A DNA stretch of 64,000 nucleotides from a candidate division FCPU426 bacterium (GCA_040756875.1 JBFLYH010000002.1:863078-927077); one strand, 5' to 3'. Positions 18,275-29,468 are shown, numbered from the stretch's first letter. Notes: generated by a model not told the origin, from the sequence alone. Made by a program: numbers and translations.

Positions 18275-18829
18275 TCAATCTTCACGCACGAGGTAAAGAC
18301 GGTTGTCCTCGACGCGGTACAGCAGGGGCGCGACCACGATGCGGGGATAGCGCTGGCGCAGGCGCTTGGTTTCGGTGAGCACAAAATCGATTTCGTCGCC
18401 GATCTCGAACATGGGGGCGAAGTTCATGAAGTGGGTCTCGGCCCATTCCCGCTCCCATCCGCCGTGGGCCACCAGCCCGTCCACGAATTCCTGGCGCCGG
18501 CCCATGAGGTTGCGCATGTTGCACTGGGTGTGGCTGATGAGGGCGATGGCCCGGACACGGCCGATGGCCACGGCGTAAGACACCTTGAACTCGCTGTAGC
18601 GCAGATTGCCGCCGCCCGTGCGCAGAATGTAGGCGAAGTTGTCCGGAAGGCGGAGCGTCTTGCGGTTGTCCATGCACATGCCGATAAGGAGCTCGGCCTG
18701 CTGGTATTCGTCCAGCGGCCGGTTGAGGTTGTGGTATTCGAGCAGACGGCCGATGGGCGTGTCCCGGTAAACGGGAACGATCGCTTCGGGCGTGGCGACG
18801 TCGATAAGGCGCCGCATGGGCTCAATCAT
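18275..18829 (-). CDS. Beta-class carbonic anhydrase-like protein
   Basis: CMDNR and HTQC Zn-ligand motifs; RTGGG. Confidence 0.8.
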   Translation of the reverse strand: MIEPMRRLIDVATPEAIVPVYRDTPIGRLLEYHNLNRPLDEYQQAELLIGMCMDNRKTLRLPDNFAYILRTGGGNLRYSEFKVSYAVAIGRVRAIALISHTQCNMRNLMGRRQEFVDGLVAHGGWEREWAETHFMNFAPMFEIGDEIDFVLTETKRLRQRYPRIVVAPLLYRVEDNRLYLVRED

Positions 18830-19097
18830 CCTGGGAAGGCTCGCCGCCGCTGCGGCGCGCCTGTTCGATCAGTTCAATCAGGGTCAGCATTTTCGGTGGG
18901 GAGGGACGGGTGAGGCGGGCCAGCTCCGCCTCGCCGAATTCCGCGCGGATATACTCCTCGATGGGCAGGCGCTCGAACCAGCAGTTCAGGATCTGGCGGC
19001 ACAGCTGACTCAGGCCCTGGGAGCGGCAATAGCTGAACGCCACCGTATGCCCCAGCAGCCGGCAATAAGCTGTGAGCGAATCGTGCGCTTCGCGCAT
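18822..19097 (-). CDS. Small Cys-containing hypothetical protein
   Basis: YCRLLGH...YCR...CRQILNCW; GGAGG RBS; overlaps the downstream gene in the trpB2 operon. Confidence 0.65.
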   Translation of the reverse strand: MREAHDSLTAYCRLLGHTVAFSYCRSQGLSQLCRQILNCWFERLPIEEYIRAEFGEAELARLTRPSPPKMLTLIELIEQARRSGGEPSQDD

Positions 19098-19122
19098 AAG
19101 GCCTACACCCCTCCGACGTGCT

Positions 19123-20514
19123 TCACCACTTGCCCGTTTTAGCTGAACTGGCTTTGGGCAAAGACGCCAAGGGTTTGAGCGATTTCTGAAGCTCCTCTTC
19201 AGGCAGGCTGTAGTTGGTCAGCTTGCCGGAGAGATAGGCGTCGTAACCCGAAAGATCCATCAGGCCGTGCCCGCTCCAGTTGAAGAGAATGACCTTTTCC
19301 TTGCCTTCCTCTTTGGCCTTGCGGGCTTCGGAAATGGCGCAGGCAATGGCATGGCTGGTTTCCGGCGCCGGAATGAAGCCCTCGGTCCGGGCCCAGGTGA
19401 CCGCGGCCTCGTAGCATTCGAGCTGGTTGAACGCGCGGGGCGTGACCAGGCCCTCGACCACGGTCTGACTGACCAGGGGCGCCATGCCGTGGTAGCGCAA
19501 GCCGCCGGCGTGGATGGGCGCGGGCACGAAGGAGTGCCCCAGCGTGTGCATGGGCAGCAGAGGCGTCATTTGGGCCACGTCGCCGAAATCGTAGGTAAAC
19601 TGGCCTCGGGTCATGCTTGGGCAGGAGGTGGGCTCCACGGCGTAGATGGCGATGTCCTGGCCGTGGATCTTGTCGCTCACAAAGGGGAAGGCCAGGCCGG
19701 CGAAATTGCTGCCGCCCCCCGCGCAGCCGATGACCACGTCCGGTTTTTTCTCCCCGGCTTTCTTGAGCTGCTTCTGGGCCTCCATGCCGATGATGGTCTG
19801 GTGCAGGAGCACGTGGTTGAGCACGCTGCCCAGAGCGTAGCGGGTCTGGCCCGAACTGTCGGTGACCGCGGCCTCGACGGCCTCGCTGATGGCGATGCCC
19901 AGGCTGCCCGGCGTGTCCGGCATCTTCTGCAGGATGCCGCGCCCGGCTTTGGTTTCGTTGCTGGGGCTGGCCACGCAGGTGGCGCCCCAGGTCTGCATCA
20001 TGATTTTCCTGAACGGTTTATGGTCGAAGCTGATCCGCACCATGTACACCTTGCACTCCAGGCCGAGCAGGCTGCAGGCCATGGCCAGGGCGCTGCCCCA
20101 TTGGCCGGCGCCGGTCTCGGTGGTCAGGCGCTTGATGCCGAACTGCTTGTTGTACCAGGCCTGCGCCACGGCCGTGTTGGGCTTGTGGCTGCCGGCCGGG
20201 CTCACGCCCTCGTTTTTGAAATAAATCCGCGCCGGCGTGCCCAGCAGCTTTTCCAGGCGCGTGGCGCGGTACAGAGGGGAAGGCCTCCACATATACAGGA
20301 GATCCAGGACCTCGGGCGGAATATCGATCCAGCGTTTGGTGCTGACTTCCTGTTCGATCAGGTTCATGGGAAAGACCGGCGCCAATTTATCCGGGGAGAC
20401 CGGCGCGCCGTCCGGACCCAGGGGCGGCTGCAGGGGCGTGGGCAGATCAGCGGCGAGGTTGTACCATTGTTTGGGGATTTCATCTTCGGAAAGGAGAATT
20501 TTGACCGGGGGCAT
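19123..20514 (-). CDS. trpB2: TrpB2 (TrpB-like PLP enzyme, tryptophan synthase beta type 2)
   Basis: [65 protein letters not shown]. Confidence 0.93.
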   Translation of the reverse strand: MPPVKILLSEDEIPKQWYNLAADLPTPLQPPLGPDGAPVSPDKLAPVFPMNLIEQEVSTKRWIDIPPEVLDLLYMWRPSPLYRATRLEKLLGTPARIYFKNEGVSPAGSHKPNTAVAQAWYNKQFGIKRLTTETGAGQWGSALAMACSLLGLECKVYMVRISFDHKPFRKIMMQTWGATCVASPSNETKAGRGILQKMPDTPGSLGIAISEAVEAAVTDSSGQTRYALGSVLNHVLLHQTIIGMEAQKQLKKAGEKKPDVVIGCAGGGSNFAGLAFPFVSDKIHGQDIAIYAVEPTSCPSMTRGQFTYDFGDVAQMTPLLPMHTLGHSFVPAPIHAGGLRYHGMAPLVSQTVVEGLVTPRAFNQLECYEAAVTWARTEGFIPAPETSHAIACAISEARKAKEEGKEKVILFNWSGHGLMDLSGYDAYLSGKLTNYSLPEEELQKSLKPLASLPKASSAKTGKW

Positions 20515-20710
20515 GCGACCTCCTGGGAATCGGCCAGAGGACAGCCGGACGTTGGGAATCATCATAAACCACGCCCAGCCAAAAGAAAATCGCAAAATGC
20601 AGGAAACCGGCAGAGCGAAGTTTCTGCCTCGGGCAACGGCTGACAGCAACGGGGCCGGTCGGTTTTGCGCTAGCCGGGCCTGGCCAAACCCAGTATAATC
20701 GGGACTTGCC

Positions 20711-21907
20711 ATGAAAGTGCTCTACCTTTCCACCATCGTGCCGTATCCCCTGGACGACGGAGACCGCCAGCGTTGTTACCACCTGCTGGAGGCCGTGGCC
20801 GCCAAACATCAGGTGCATTTGCTGAGTTTCGTGCGCAGTCCCGAGGAAGCCGCGCACCTGAAATCTTTGGACCGACTCTGCGCCTCCACGCAAGGGGTGC
20901 CCATCAACCGGGCGCGGGTCTATGCCAACAGCCTGGCCGCCTGGTTGGGGCCCAGCTCCCTGAACGTGTCCTCCTTTCAAACCACGGTCATGGCCGAGGC
21001 CGTAAAACAGGCCGTGGCCAGGCACCGGATCGAGGTTTTGCACGCCTACCGCCTGCGCATGGCTCCGTACGCGCTGGCCGCGCAGGTCCGCTGGCGCGTG
21101 CTGGACTATACGGATTCCCTGGCCAGGCAGTTTGCCAACCGGCTGGAAGAACACCCTGCGGCCTGGCAGCGCTGGTATTGGAGCCGCGAAGCCGAAAAAT
21201 TAGCGTCGTATGAAACCGAAGTGTCACGCCGCTTCGACGCGGCCTTTATCTCTTCCTCCGCGGACCGGGATTATTTGCAGGCCCTGGGCGCCGGGCCGAT
21301 CACGGAAGTGACCAACGGCGTGGACACGCGCGTCATCAAGCCGGCCAAGCGTCTGCCCCAGGAGCCGCGGCTGCTTTTCGTGGGCAACCTGGAATATCCG
21401 CCCAACCATTGGGGAGTGAAGGATTTTTGCCGCCGCACGTGGCCCTTGATCCGCAGCCAGGAGCCCCGCGCGCAATTGACGGTGATCGGCCGCAGGCCCC
21501 GCGATTTCAGCCGGGAGGCGGCTTACCGTCAGCCGGGCCTGGAATTCCTGGGCGTGGTGCCTGATTTAGGGCCGCACTACCGGTCCAGCCGGCTGGCGAT
21601 TTGCCCGGTGAACGTGGCCTCGGGCCGGCAGTTCAAGGTGCTGGAATATTTCGCGGCCGGCTTGCCGACCGTAACCACCCGGCGCGTGGCGGACAATGCC
21701 CAGGCCCGGCCTGGCCGCGAATGCCTGGCCGCGGATGCGCCCGGCGATTTCGCCCGGGAGGTGATCCGCCTGCTGAAGGACGACAAGCTTGCGGACCGGT
21801 TGCGGACTTCGGCCCGCGCCTTGGTCCTGAAAAAATATGACTGGCGCCTTGCGGCTGCCAAGCTGCTGGCGGTCTACCGCGCGCTTCCTGGAGGGCGGGC
21901 ATGTTGA
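20711..21907 (+). CDS. Family 4 glycosyltransferase (GT-B)
   Basis: [35 protein letters not shown]. Confidence 0.88.
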   Translation: MKVLYLSTIVPYPLDDGDRQRCYHLLEAVAAKHQVHLLSFVRSPEEAAHLKSLDRLCASTQGVPINRARVYANSLAAWLGPSSLNVSSFQTTVMAEAVKQAVARHRIEVLHAYRLRMAPYALAAQVRWRVLDYTDSLARQFANRLEEHPAAWQRWYWSREAEKLASYETEVSRRFDAAFISSSADRDYLQALGAGPITEVTNGVDTRVIKPAKRLPQEPRLLFVGNLEYPPNHWGVKDFCRRTWPLIRSQEPRAQLTVIGRRPRDFSREAAYRQPGLEFLGVVPDLGPHYRSSRLAICPVNVASGRQFKVLEYFAAGLPTVTTRRVADNAQARPGRECLAADAPGDFAREVIRLLKDDKLADRLRTSARALVLKKYDWRLAAAKLLAVYRALPGGRAC

Positions 21908-22956
21908 TCAGTTTCGGCGTTTTTTTATTGGCCCTGGCCGCAAGCCTGGCGCTTACGCCCCTGGCCGCCTGCCTGGCCAGGCAGTGGGGCTGGCTCGACC
22001 ATCCGGATCAGAAGCTCAAGAAGCACGTCCAGCCCGTGCCCTATGGCGGCGGGGTGGCGGTGTTTGTCTCCTTCCTGTTGGCCCTGGTCGCCTTTAAATT
22101 TTGGGAAGGCAGCACCCTGGTGGGTGTGGTCGGCGTGACCGCGGGCACCAGCCTGATCGTGCTGCTGGGGCTGGTGGACGACCGCTTCCAGCTTTCGCCG
22201 GCGGTCAAGTTCGCCGGGCAAACCCTGGCCGCGCTCACGCTGTACGCCTGCAACATGCGGCTGCAGTTCATCGAACCGCCGCTGCTCTCGCTGCTGCTGA
22301 GCCTGCTGTGGGTGGTGGGCGTGACCAACGCTTTGAACCTCATCGACATCATGGACGGCCTGGCCGCGGGCACGGCGGCGATTGCCGCCGCCGTGTTTTT
22401 CATGATCGCGGCCCAGAACGGCCGCTACAATGACATGTACATCCTGGCTGCGCTGGGCGGCGCCGCGCTCGGCTTTTTGCCCTATAATTTCCCGCGGGCG
22501 CGCGTGTACCTGGGCGATACAGGCGCACTCATGCTCGGCTTCGTATTGAGCTCGATCGCCATGGGCGAAGCCTACACCCGCGTCAACCCCCTGGCCGTGC
22601 TCACGCCGCTTCTGATCCTGGGCGTGCCCATTTTCGACACTCTGTTTATCATGTTTTTGCGCCACCGGCGCGGGGTCTCCATGTTCCGGGGCAGTCCGGA
22701 CCATCTGGCTCTGCGCATGGTGAAAACCGGGCTGACGCGGCAACAGACCGTGCTGCTGCTGTGGGGGGCGAGCCTGGCGCTGGGCGGCCTGGCTTATGCC
22801 GGCATGCGCCTGCCGCTGACCTGGTCCCTGTTCCTGTATTTAGGCGTGGCCGCGGCCGCCTTGTTCATCGCCGAACGCATGGGGAGTTTTTCCATGGAGT
22901 CCCACGCCCCGTCCCGTGAAAGCAAAAAGGCCGGCCACAAGGAGAAAAAGGCATGA
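21901..22956 (+). CDS. MraY/WecA-TagO family polyprenyl-phosphate sugar-1-phosphate transferase
   Basis: PYGGG, GLVDD, NALNLIDIMDGL, YLGDTG, PIFDT, DHL. Confidence 0.9.
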   Translation: MLISFGVFLLALAASLALTPLAACLARQWGWLDHPDQKLKKHVQPVPYGGGVAVFVSFLLALVAFKFWEGSTLVGVVGVTAGTSLIVLLGLVDDRFQLSPAVKFAGQTLAALTLYACNMRLQFIEPPLLSLLLSLLWVVGVTNALNLIDIMDGLAAGTAAIAAAVFFMIAAQNGRYNDMYILAALGGAALGFLPYNFPRARVYLGDTGALMLGFVLSSIAMGEAYTRVNPLAVLTPLLILGVPIFDTLFIMFLRHRRGVSMFRGSPDHLALRMVKTGLTRQQTVLLLWGASLALGGLAYAGMRLPLTWSLFLYLGVAAAALFIAERMGSFSMESHAPSRESKKAGHKEKKA

Positions 22957-24260
22957 ACAGGCAGGCGGCAGGCGGGGGAACGGTGGTGCTGGGCGCCGGG
23001 CTGGCCGGCTTGTCCGCGGCCCATCACCTGGGCCGCAGCTGCCGGGTGTTTGAAGCCGCCGGCCGGCCGGGCGGCTTGTGCGCCACGGACCATGTCCAAG
23101 GCTACGACTTTGACCTGGCCGGACACCTGCTGCACCTGCGCGAGCGCTCCAGCCGGGAATTCGTCGAGCGCCTTCTGCCCGGACGCTGGCAGCACATCCG
23201 GCGCGACGCCAGGATCCATGTGCTGGACCGGGAAGTGCGGTATCCCATCCAGGCCAATGCGTTCGGATTGCCGGCCGACGTGAAAGCCCGGGTGCTGCAA
23301 ACCTATCTTGAGGCCAGAACCCGGCGCGGCCCGGCGCCGGAGAATTTCGCGGAGTGGGCCAGGCAGACCTTTGGATCCGCCCTGGCGGAACTGTTTTTTG
23401 AGCCTTACAACCGCAAGCTTTGGACGGTTCCTCCCCGCGAATTGATGCTGACCTGGATGGGCGCTTATGTGCCCGCGCCCGAGCCGGCGCGCGTGATCCG
23501 CGGCGCCTTCGCGGACATTCCCGAAGGCGGAGGGTACAATGCCCGCTTTTGGTATCCACGGAAAGGCGGCATCGGCGCGCTGCCCCAGGCTTTGGCCAGG
23601 CACGTGCCCGAACTCCGGCTGAACGCCCCGGCCCGCAAAGTGGACTGGCGCCGCCGCCGCGTGGAGATCGCGGGTTTGGGCTGGGTGCCCTGGCAGCGCC
23701 TGGTTTCCACCCTGCCTTTGCCCGCACTGGCGGCCCGCTGCCTTTCCCTGCCCGAAGCCGTCCGGCGCGCCGCCGGAAAGCTGCGGGCCAACTCCGTCCT
23801 CGTGGTCAATCTCGGCGTGCGCCGGGCCCGCCTGCACCCGGCCCACTGGGTCTATTTTCCCGAGAAGCGGTTCTGCTTCTACCGCGTCGGGTTTCCCTCG
23901 AATTACGGGCGCCTGGCGCCCAAGGGCCGCAGCACGCTCTATGCCGAGGTGGCCGTGCCCGCGGGCACGGGGTGGGAGCGCAGGCACCAGGTGGCGCGCC
24001 GCGTGCGGCAGGACCTGGTGCAAGCCGGCATCCTGCGGAACACGGACACCGTGGAAATCGAGCATATGCAATACCTGCGCCACGCCTACGTGATTTACGA
24101 CGAAGCGCACGCCCACGCGCGGAAACAGGTGCTGGATTTTTTCAGGAAGCAGGGGATTTGGAGCATCGGGCGCTGGGGGAACTGGGAATACTCGGCCATG
24201 GAAGACGCGCTGGCGGCCGGCAAACGGGCGGCCGAGGACATCCAGGGGGATTTGGAATAA
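22953..24260 (+). CDS. FAD-dependent oxidoreductase (protoporphyrinogen oxidase / UDP-Galp mutase-like)
   Basis: GAGLAGLSAA, PGGLC, FDLAGH, PYNRKLW, GRWGNWEY. Confidence 0.8.
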   Translation: MNRQAAGGGTVVLGAGLAGLSAAHHLGRSCRVFEAAGRPGGLCATDHVQGYDFDLAGHLLHLRERSSREFVERLLPGRWQHIRRDARIHVLDREVRYPIQANAFGLPADVKARVLQTYLEARTRRGPAPENFAEWARQTFGSALAELFFEPYNRKLWTVPPRELMLTWMGAYVPAPEPARVIRGAFADIPEGGGYNARFWYPRKGGIGALPQALARHVPELRLNAPARKVDWRRRRVEIAGLGWVPWQRLVSTLPLPALAARCLSLPEAVRRAAGKLRANSVLVVNLGVRRARLHPAHWVYFPEKRFCFYRVGFPSNYGRLAPKGRSTLYAEVAVPAGTGWERRHQVARRVRQDLVQAGILRNTDTVEIEHMQYLRHAYVIYDEAHAHARKQVLDFFRKQGIWSIGRWGNWEYSAMEDALAAGKRAAEDIQGDLE

Positions 24261-24482
24261 AAAAGTGACGCCCGCTACGCTTTCGGCCTGAAACCTCAGG
24301 CTAGTTGGGCGTCACATGAATTGGTTCTGCTTGGCGTCTTGGCCGCCGTTCGGCCTCGGGCCTGTTCTGGGAGGTTGTGCCCAATGCAGAACCAACCCTA
24401 AAGACAGTATACCACGCGGCCGGCGCAAAAGCAAAACAATCGCCGGACGAACAGCCGCGGGAACACAGACAACGAGGCCGAA

Positions 24483-25646
24483 GTGCCGACGACGCAGGAA
24501 AAAAAGATTCGCATCGCCCAAGTCATCACCCGCCTGGAGCTGGGCGGCGCGCAGCAAGTGGTGCTGCACACGCTGAAGGGGCTTGATCCGCAGCGCTATG
24601 AGCGCTTTCTGATCGCGGGCCAGGGCGGGCTGCTTGACGACGAGGCCCGCCGGCTCGACGGCGTGCGCGTGGAATTGTGGCGAAGCCTGAAACATCCGAT
24701 CCATCCCCTGTGGGACCTTGTGGCCTGGTCGCGCCTGGCGGGCTGGCTGCGCCGCAACCGCATTGACATCGTGCACACCCACAGCTCCAAGGCCGGGATC
24801 CTCGGACGCCTGGCCGCGGTCCGGGCCGGGGTCAAGGCCGTGGTGCACACCGTGCACGGCTGGCCGTTTCACGACCGCCAGCCAGAATGGGTACGCGGGA
24901 CGTATGTACAGCTGGAGCGCCTGGCCGCGTGCCGCACAAACCGCCTGATTGCGGTCTCGCAAATGACGAAGGACCTGGGCCTCAGACACCGCGTCGGCAG
25001 GCCCGAGCAGTATGAGGTGATTTACCCGGGTTCGGACCTGGAAGCTTTTAAACCGGCCACAGCCGGACAGCGCCGAGAAGTGCGCGAGGAATTTGGATTC
25101 CCCGCGGACTGCCAGCTCGTGGGCATGGTGGCCTGCCTCAAGCCCCAGAAGGCGCCGGTGGATTTTATCCGCGCGGTGAACGAAGTGCGCGCGCCCGAAG
25201 CGAGATTCCTGATCGTGGGCGATGGCAGCGAGCGGCAGGCCGTGGAACGGGAAATCCGGCGCTTGAAGTTGGAGGGCCGGGTCACGCTCGCAGGCTGGCG
25301 CCGCGACGTACCGCGCCTTCTGCCGGCTTTCGACGTGCTGGCGCTGACCTCCCTGTGGGAGGGACTGCCCTGTGTCCTGGCCCAGGCCATGGCCAGCGCC
25401 GTAGCCGTGGCAGCCACGGATGTGGGCGGCAGCCGCGAAGCGCTGGCTGACGGCGCGAACGGCAGACTGGTGCCGGCCGGAAATCCCCGGGCCATGGCCC
25501 AGGCGCTGAGCGAATTGCTTTCCCGTCCCGACGAACGCAGCCGCCTGGCGGCGGCCGGGCCCGGCCGCGCGGAGGCTTTCACCATTTCCACTATGGTCCA
25601 GCGCCTGGACCGGCTTTACCGGTTGCTGGCAGAAAGGATCTCATGA
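24483..25646 (+). CDS. Family 4 glycosyltransferase
   Basis: ITRLELGGAQ, HTHSSKAG, HTVHGW, SLWEGLP, TDVGG. Confidence 0.9.
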   Translation: MPTTQEKKIRIAQVITRLELGGAQQVVLHTLKGLDPQRYERFLIAGQGGLLDDEARRLDGVRVELWRSLKHPIHPLWDLVAWSRLAGWLRRNRIDIVHTHSSKAGILGRLAAVRAGVKAVVHTVHGWPFHDRQPEWVRGTYVQLERLAACRTNRLIAVSQMTKDLGLRHRVGRPEQYEVIYPGSDLEAFKPATAGQRREVREEFGFPADCQLVGMVACLKPQKAPVDFIRAVNEVRAPEARFLIVGDGSERQAVEREIRRLKLEGRVTLAGWRRDVPRLLPAFDVLALTSLWEGLPCVLAQAMASAVAVAATDVGGSREALADGANGRLVPAGNPRAMAQALSELLSRPDERSRLAAAGPGRAEAFTISTMVQRLDRLYRLLAERIS

Positions 25647-26731
25647 AAGCCGGGTTACGCCCTCGCTGGCAGCAAACGCAGGCATGGTTGCGGCAGAAGC
25701 GCTGCCGCGCTTTGTGGGTGGTCCAGGCCGCCAACCGTCGTTATCTGACGGGATTTACCGGCAGCGCGGGATGGGTTTTGCTGCCCAGCCAGGGGCGCCC
25801 CCTCTTGATCACAGACGGGCGGTACCAGGAACAGGCCAGGAAAGAATGCCCGGGCGTGGCAGTGGCCATTTGTCAGAAAGACGCGCAAAACTGCCTGTCA
25901 GAATACCTCCGACAACAGGGCGTACGGACCTTGGCGTTTGAAGATGACCGGGTGGCAGTGAAAAGCTGGCGGGAAATGCGCCGCGCCTGTCCCCGGGTGC
26001 GGTGGGTGGAAGCCGCCGGGCTGATTGAACGCCTGCGCCAACGGAAAAGCCAGGACGAGATCAGCTGCCTGCGCCGCGCCATCCGTCTGGCCGAGACCGC
26101 CTATGCCCGCATATATCCGCGTATCAAGCCCGGGTTGAGAGAGATTGATTTAGCGCAACGCCTGGAACAGGCACTGCATGAGGCTGGCGGCCAGGGATTG
26201 GCCTTTCCGACCATTGTTGCCTCAGGCCCGAATTCAGCCCTGCCGCACGCCAAACCCACCACCCGTAAAATCCGGCGGGGCGATTTGCTGGTCATGGACT
26301 TCGGCACTATATATAAAGGTTATCATTCCGACTTGACAAGAACAGTCGCTGTTGGTAAGATTACGCCGAAACAAAGGGAAATCTATAAATTGGTTAAAAA
26401 AGCTCAAAAAGAAGCGAAAAAAGCGATAATTTCAGATGCTTTTTCGTCTGAATCTGATAAAAAGGCACGCGAAATATTCAAAAATAAAGGTTTGGAAGAA
26501 CATTTCGTGCACAGTCTTGGACATGGGTTGGGATTGGAAATCCACGAAGCACCCAGATTGTCCATCCGTTCACGGGAAAAACTGGCCAGCGGCATGGTGG
26601 TTACCTGCGAACCGGGCTTGTATTTGCCGGGATGGGGGGGCATTCGCATCGAGGATGATGTTCTGGTAACCTCGCACGCCAGCCAGTGGCTTTCGCGCTC
26701 GCCTGAAGATCTGCCTCTCGTTGGCCGCTAA
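25643..26731 (+). CDS. pepP: Xaa-Pro aminopeptidase (M24B)
   Basis: RYLTGFTGS, TDGRY, GYHSDLTRT, HSLGHGLGLEIHEAP, EPGLY, GIRIED. Confidence 0.92.
   Translation: MKAGLRPRWQQTQAWLRQKRCRALWVVQAANRRYLTGFTGSAGWVLLPSQGRPLLITDGRYQEQARKECPGVAVAICQKDAQNCLSEYLRQQGVRTLAFEDDRVAVKSWREMRRACPRVRWVEAAGLIERLRQRKSQDEISCLRRAIRLAETAYARIYPRIKPGLREIDLAQRLEQALHEAGGQGLAFPTIVASGPNSALPHAKPTTRKIRRGDLLVMDFGTIYKGYHSDLTRTVAVGKITPKQREIYKLVKKAQKEAKKAIISDAFSSESDKKAREIFKNKGLEEHFVHSLGHGLGLEIHEAPRLSIRSREKLASGMVVTCEPGLYLPGWGGIRIEDDVLVTSHASQWLSRSPEDLPLVGR
26333..26361 (+). promoter_or_regulatory. Intragenic sigma70 promoter, probably for efp-accBC
   Basis: TTGACA-N17-TAAGAT within an AT-rich patch of pepP. Confidence 0.55.
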
Positions 26732-26833
26732 ATCCGTCGGATTCGGCTAGAAAAGCCGGTTGTCCTGATCGCGTGGCCGGGCCGCATGGTCCCCACCGCA
26801 GCGGGCTGACCGGGTATTTGAAGGAGGAAGGGT

Positions 26834-27397
26834 ATGGGAGTGGTAATATCCAACGACGCCAGGCCTGGCACGTATCTGGAGCACGACCGGGTCTTGTACC
26901 GCGTGGAGGAATACACGCACGTGAAACCCGGCAAAGGCGGCGCCTTCATCCGGCTCAAGCTGCGCAATTTGCGGCTGGGCACCCTGGTGGAGCGCACCTT
27001 CAACTCGGGCGAAAAACTGGAGTCGCCCGAGGTGGAAGACAAGAAAATGCAGTTCTTGTACCGGGAGGGCGAGGATTACGTGTTCATGGACCACGACACC
27101 TATGAGCAGATCCACTTCACTCCCGAGGCGCTGGGCGAATCGCGCCAGTGGCTCAAGGAAGAAATGACGGTGGACGTGCTCATGCACGCGGGAGAGGCCC
27201 TGACCCTGGAACTGCCCTTCAAGGTGGAGCTGAAAGTGGTGCAGTCCGAACCCAGCGTCCGCGGCAACACAGTCAACAACGTCACCAAGGAAGTGGTGCT
27301 GGAAACCGGCGCCAAAGTGCAGGTGCCGATGTTCGTCAACGAAGGCGACGTGATCCGGATCGACACCCGGACCGGCGAATACCTGGAAAGGGTGTGA
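26834..27397 (+). CDS. efp: Elongation factor P
   Basis: HVKPGKGGAF, MQFLY, TYEQ, VRGNT, LETGA.V.VP.F, DTRTGEYLERV. Confidence 0.97.
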   Translation: MGVVISNDARPGTYLEHDRVLYRVEEYTHVKPGKGGAFIRLKLRNLRLGTLVERTFNSGEKLESPEVEDKKMQFLYREGEDYVFMDHDTYEQIHFTPEALGESRQWLKEEMTVDVLMHAGEALTLELPFKVELKVVQSEPSVRGNTVNNVTKEVVLETGAKVQVPMFVNEGDVIRIDTRTGEYLERV

Positions 27398-27404
27398 TTT
27401 CCCG

Positions 27405-27965
27405 ATGGCAGAGAAAGGCGGTGGCGACGTGGCAGGCGAGCGCACGACCAAGAAGGAACGCGAGACCAGCCCGCTGAACCTGAAGTCCCTCAAGAAAATC
27501 ATCACCATCATGAACCGGGCGAAAATCACGGAGCTGGATATCGAGCAGGACGGCGTGAAGATCCACCTCCGCAAGGGCCCGGGGCCCGGCGAAATCGCCG
27601 CGGCGCCGATGATGCCCATGGTGCCGGCCGTGGCGCCCATGCCGGCGGCCCCGGCTCCGGCAGCCGCTCCCGCACCGGTCGCGGCGGCCCCGGCAGCCGC
27701 CCCGGAGACCGAGGACGCCAACCTACACCCCATCGCCTCGCCCATGGTTGGCACGTTCTATCGCGCGCCGGCGCCGGACGCCAAGCCTTACGTGGAAATA
27801 GGCGCCGAAGTGGACGAAAACCAGGTCGTCTGCATCGTCGAAGCCATGAAACTCATGAACGAAATCAAAGCGGACGTCAAGGGCGTGATCCGGAAAATCC
27901 TGGTCGAGAACGCCCAGGCCGTGGAGTACGGGCAACCGCTGTTCCTGGTGGAGCGCAAAGGCTAA
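27405..27965 (+). CDS. accB: Acetyl-CoA carboxylase biotin carboxyl carrier protein
   Basis: Ala/Pro linker, [17 protein letters not shown]. Confidence 0.96.
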   Translation: MAEKGGGDVAGERTTKKERETSPLNLKSLKKIITIMNRAKITELDIEQDGVKIHLRKGPGPGEIAAAPMMPMVPAVAPMPAAPAPAAAPAPVAAAPAAAPETEDANLHPIASPMVGTFYRAPAPDAKPYVEIGAEVDENQVVCIVEAMKLMNEIKADVKGVIRKILVENAQAVEYGQPLFLVERKG

Positions 27966-27967
27966 CC

Positions 27968-29314
27968 ATGTTCAAGAAAATACTGATCGCCAACCGCGGA
28001 GAGATCGCCCTCCGCGTCATCCGCGCCTGCCGGGAGCTGGGCATCAATACCGTGGCCGTGCACACCGAAGCCGACGCCAATTCGCTGCACGTCCGCTACG
28101 CGGACGAGGACGTGTGCATCGGCAAAGGCCCGTCCAAAGAGAGCTACCTCAACATCCCGGCCATTCTTTCGGCCGCAGAGATTACGGACGCGGACGCCAT
28201 CCATCCGGGCTACGGTTTTCTGGCTGAAAACGCCCACTTTGCGGAGATTTGCGAATCCTGCAACCTGGCGTTCGTCGGGCCCACGCCAGGCGCCATGCGG
28301 CTCCTGGGCGACAAGATCGCGGCCCGGAAGCTGATGAAGGAAAACGGCCTGCCCATGCTGCCCGGATCGGACGGCCCGGTGGAAAACGAGGACGACGCCC
28401 TGCGCCTGGCCCGCAAGATCGGGTATCCGGTCATCATCAAGGCCTCGGCCGGCGGCGGCGGCCGGGGCATGCGCGTGGCCCATACCGACGTGTCTTTGTC
28501 CAACGCCTTTCTAACGGCCCGCAGCGAGGCTGGCGCCGCGTTCGGCGACAGCAAGGTATACGTTGAAAAATACCTGGAAGAGCCGCGCCACGTGGAGTTT
28601 CAGCTGATCGCGGACAAGCACGGCCACTGCGTGTGCTTGGGCGAGCGCGACTGCACGGTGCAGCGCAAACACCAGAAACTGATCGAGGAGTCGCCCTCGC
28701 CCATCATGACGCCCGAAATCCGAGAGCGCATGATGGCGCTGGTGGTCAAGGGCGCCCAGTCGGCCGGGTACCACACCACCGGAACCATGGAGTTCCTGGT
28801 GGACCGGCATTTGAATTTTTACTTCATGGAAATGAACACGCGCATCCAGGTCGAGCATCCGGTGACCGAACAGGTGACAGGGCTGGACCTTATCAAGGAC
28901 CAGATCCGCGTGGCTGCGGGCGAGGAACTACCCTATCATGAAAACCGGACGCCCCAGGGGCACGCGCTGGAATGCCGGATCAACGCCGAGGACCCAGGCA
29001 GCGATTTCCGGCCCTCGCCGGGCACCATCACCAGCTTCCACATGCCCGGCGGGCCCGGAATCCGCATTGACACGCACGCCTATGGAGGGTATAAAATTCC
29101 TCCATACTACGACAGCCTGCTGGCCAAGCTGGTGAGCTACGGCCAGACCCGCGAGGAGGCCATTCTGCGCATGCTGAGGGCCTTGGAGGAGTTCGTGATC
29201 GAGGGCGTCAAGACCACCATCCCGTTTCACATCCGCGCCCTGAACACCAACGAATTCCGGGCGGGGCGGTTCTCCACCAATTTCGTGGAACTGCTTATGG
29301 CGAATAAAATATAG
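27968..29314 (+). CDS. accC: Biotin carboxylase
   Basis: [46 protein letters not shown]. Confidence 0.97.
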   Translation: MFKKILIANRGEIALRVIRACRELGINTVAVHTEADANSLHVRYADEDVCIGKGPSKESYLNIPAILSAAEITDADAIHPGYGFLAENAHFAEICESCNLAFVGPTPGAMRLLGDKIAARKLMKENGLPMLPGSDGPVENEDDALRLARKIGYPVIIKASAGGGGRGMRVAHTDVSLSNAFLTARSEAGAAFGDSKVYVEKYLEEPRHVEFQLIADKHGHCVCLGERDCTVQRKHQKLIEESPSPIMTPEIRERMMALVVKGAQSAGYHTTGTMEFLVDRHLNFYFMEMNTRIQVEHPVTEQVTGLDLIKDQIRVAAGEELPYHENRTPQGHALECRINAEDPGSDFRPSPGTITSFHMPGGPGIRIDTHAYGGYKIPPYYDSLLAKLVSYGQTREEAILRMLRALEEFVIEGVKTTIPFHIRALNTNEFRAGRFSTNFVELLMANKI

Positions 29315-29447
29315 CAGGGTGCTGAAAAATCTATATAGGTTCCACTAGCATCCTGGTACCCCACGAAAAATCTCTGATTTTTCATGGGGTATTCCATGCA
29401 ACGCAATCGAAAAAGGCCGCTCTGCGGGCTTTTTCATCAGCCTGATA
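29312..29447 (+). mobile_element. MITE-like miniature inverted-repeat element, family A (copy 2)
   Basis: TAGCAGGGTGCTGAAAAA...TTTTTCATCAGCCTGATA imperfect terminal inverted repeats; homologous to 13878-14012. Confidence 0.65.
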
Positions 29448-29468
29448 GACACCAACCGGAGGGACACC

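Noticed and set aside
27600-27710. Repetitive GC-rich DNA in accB
   Set aside because: Encodes the normal Ala/Pro linker of BCCP.
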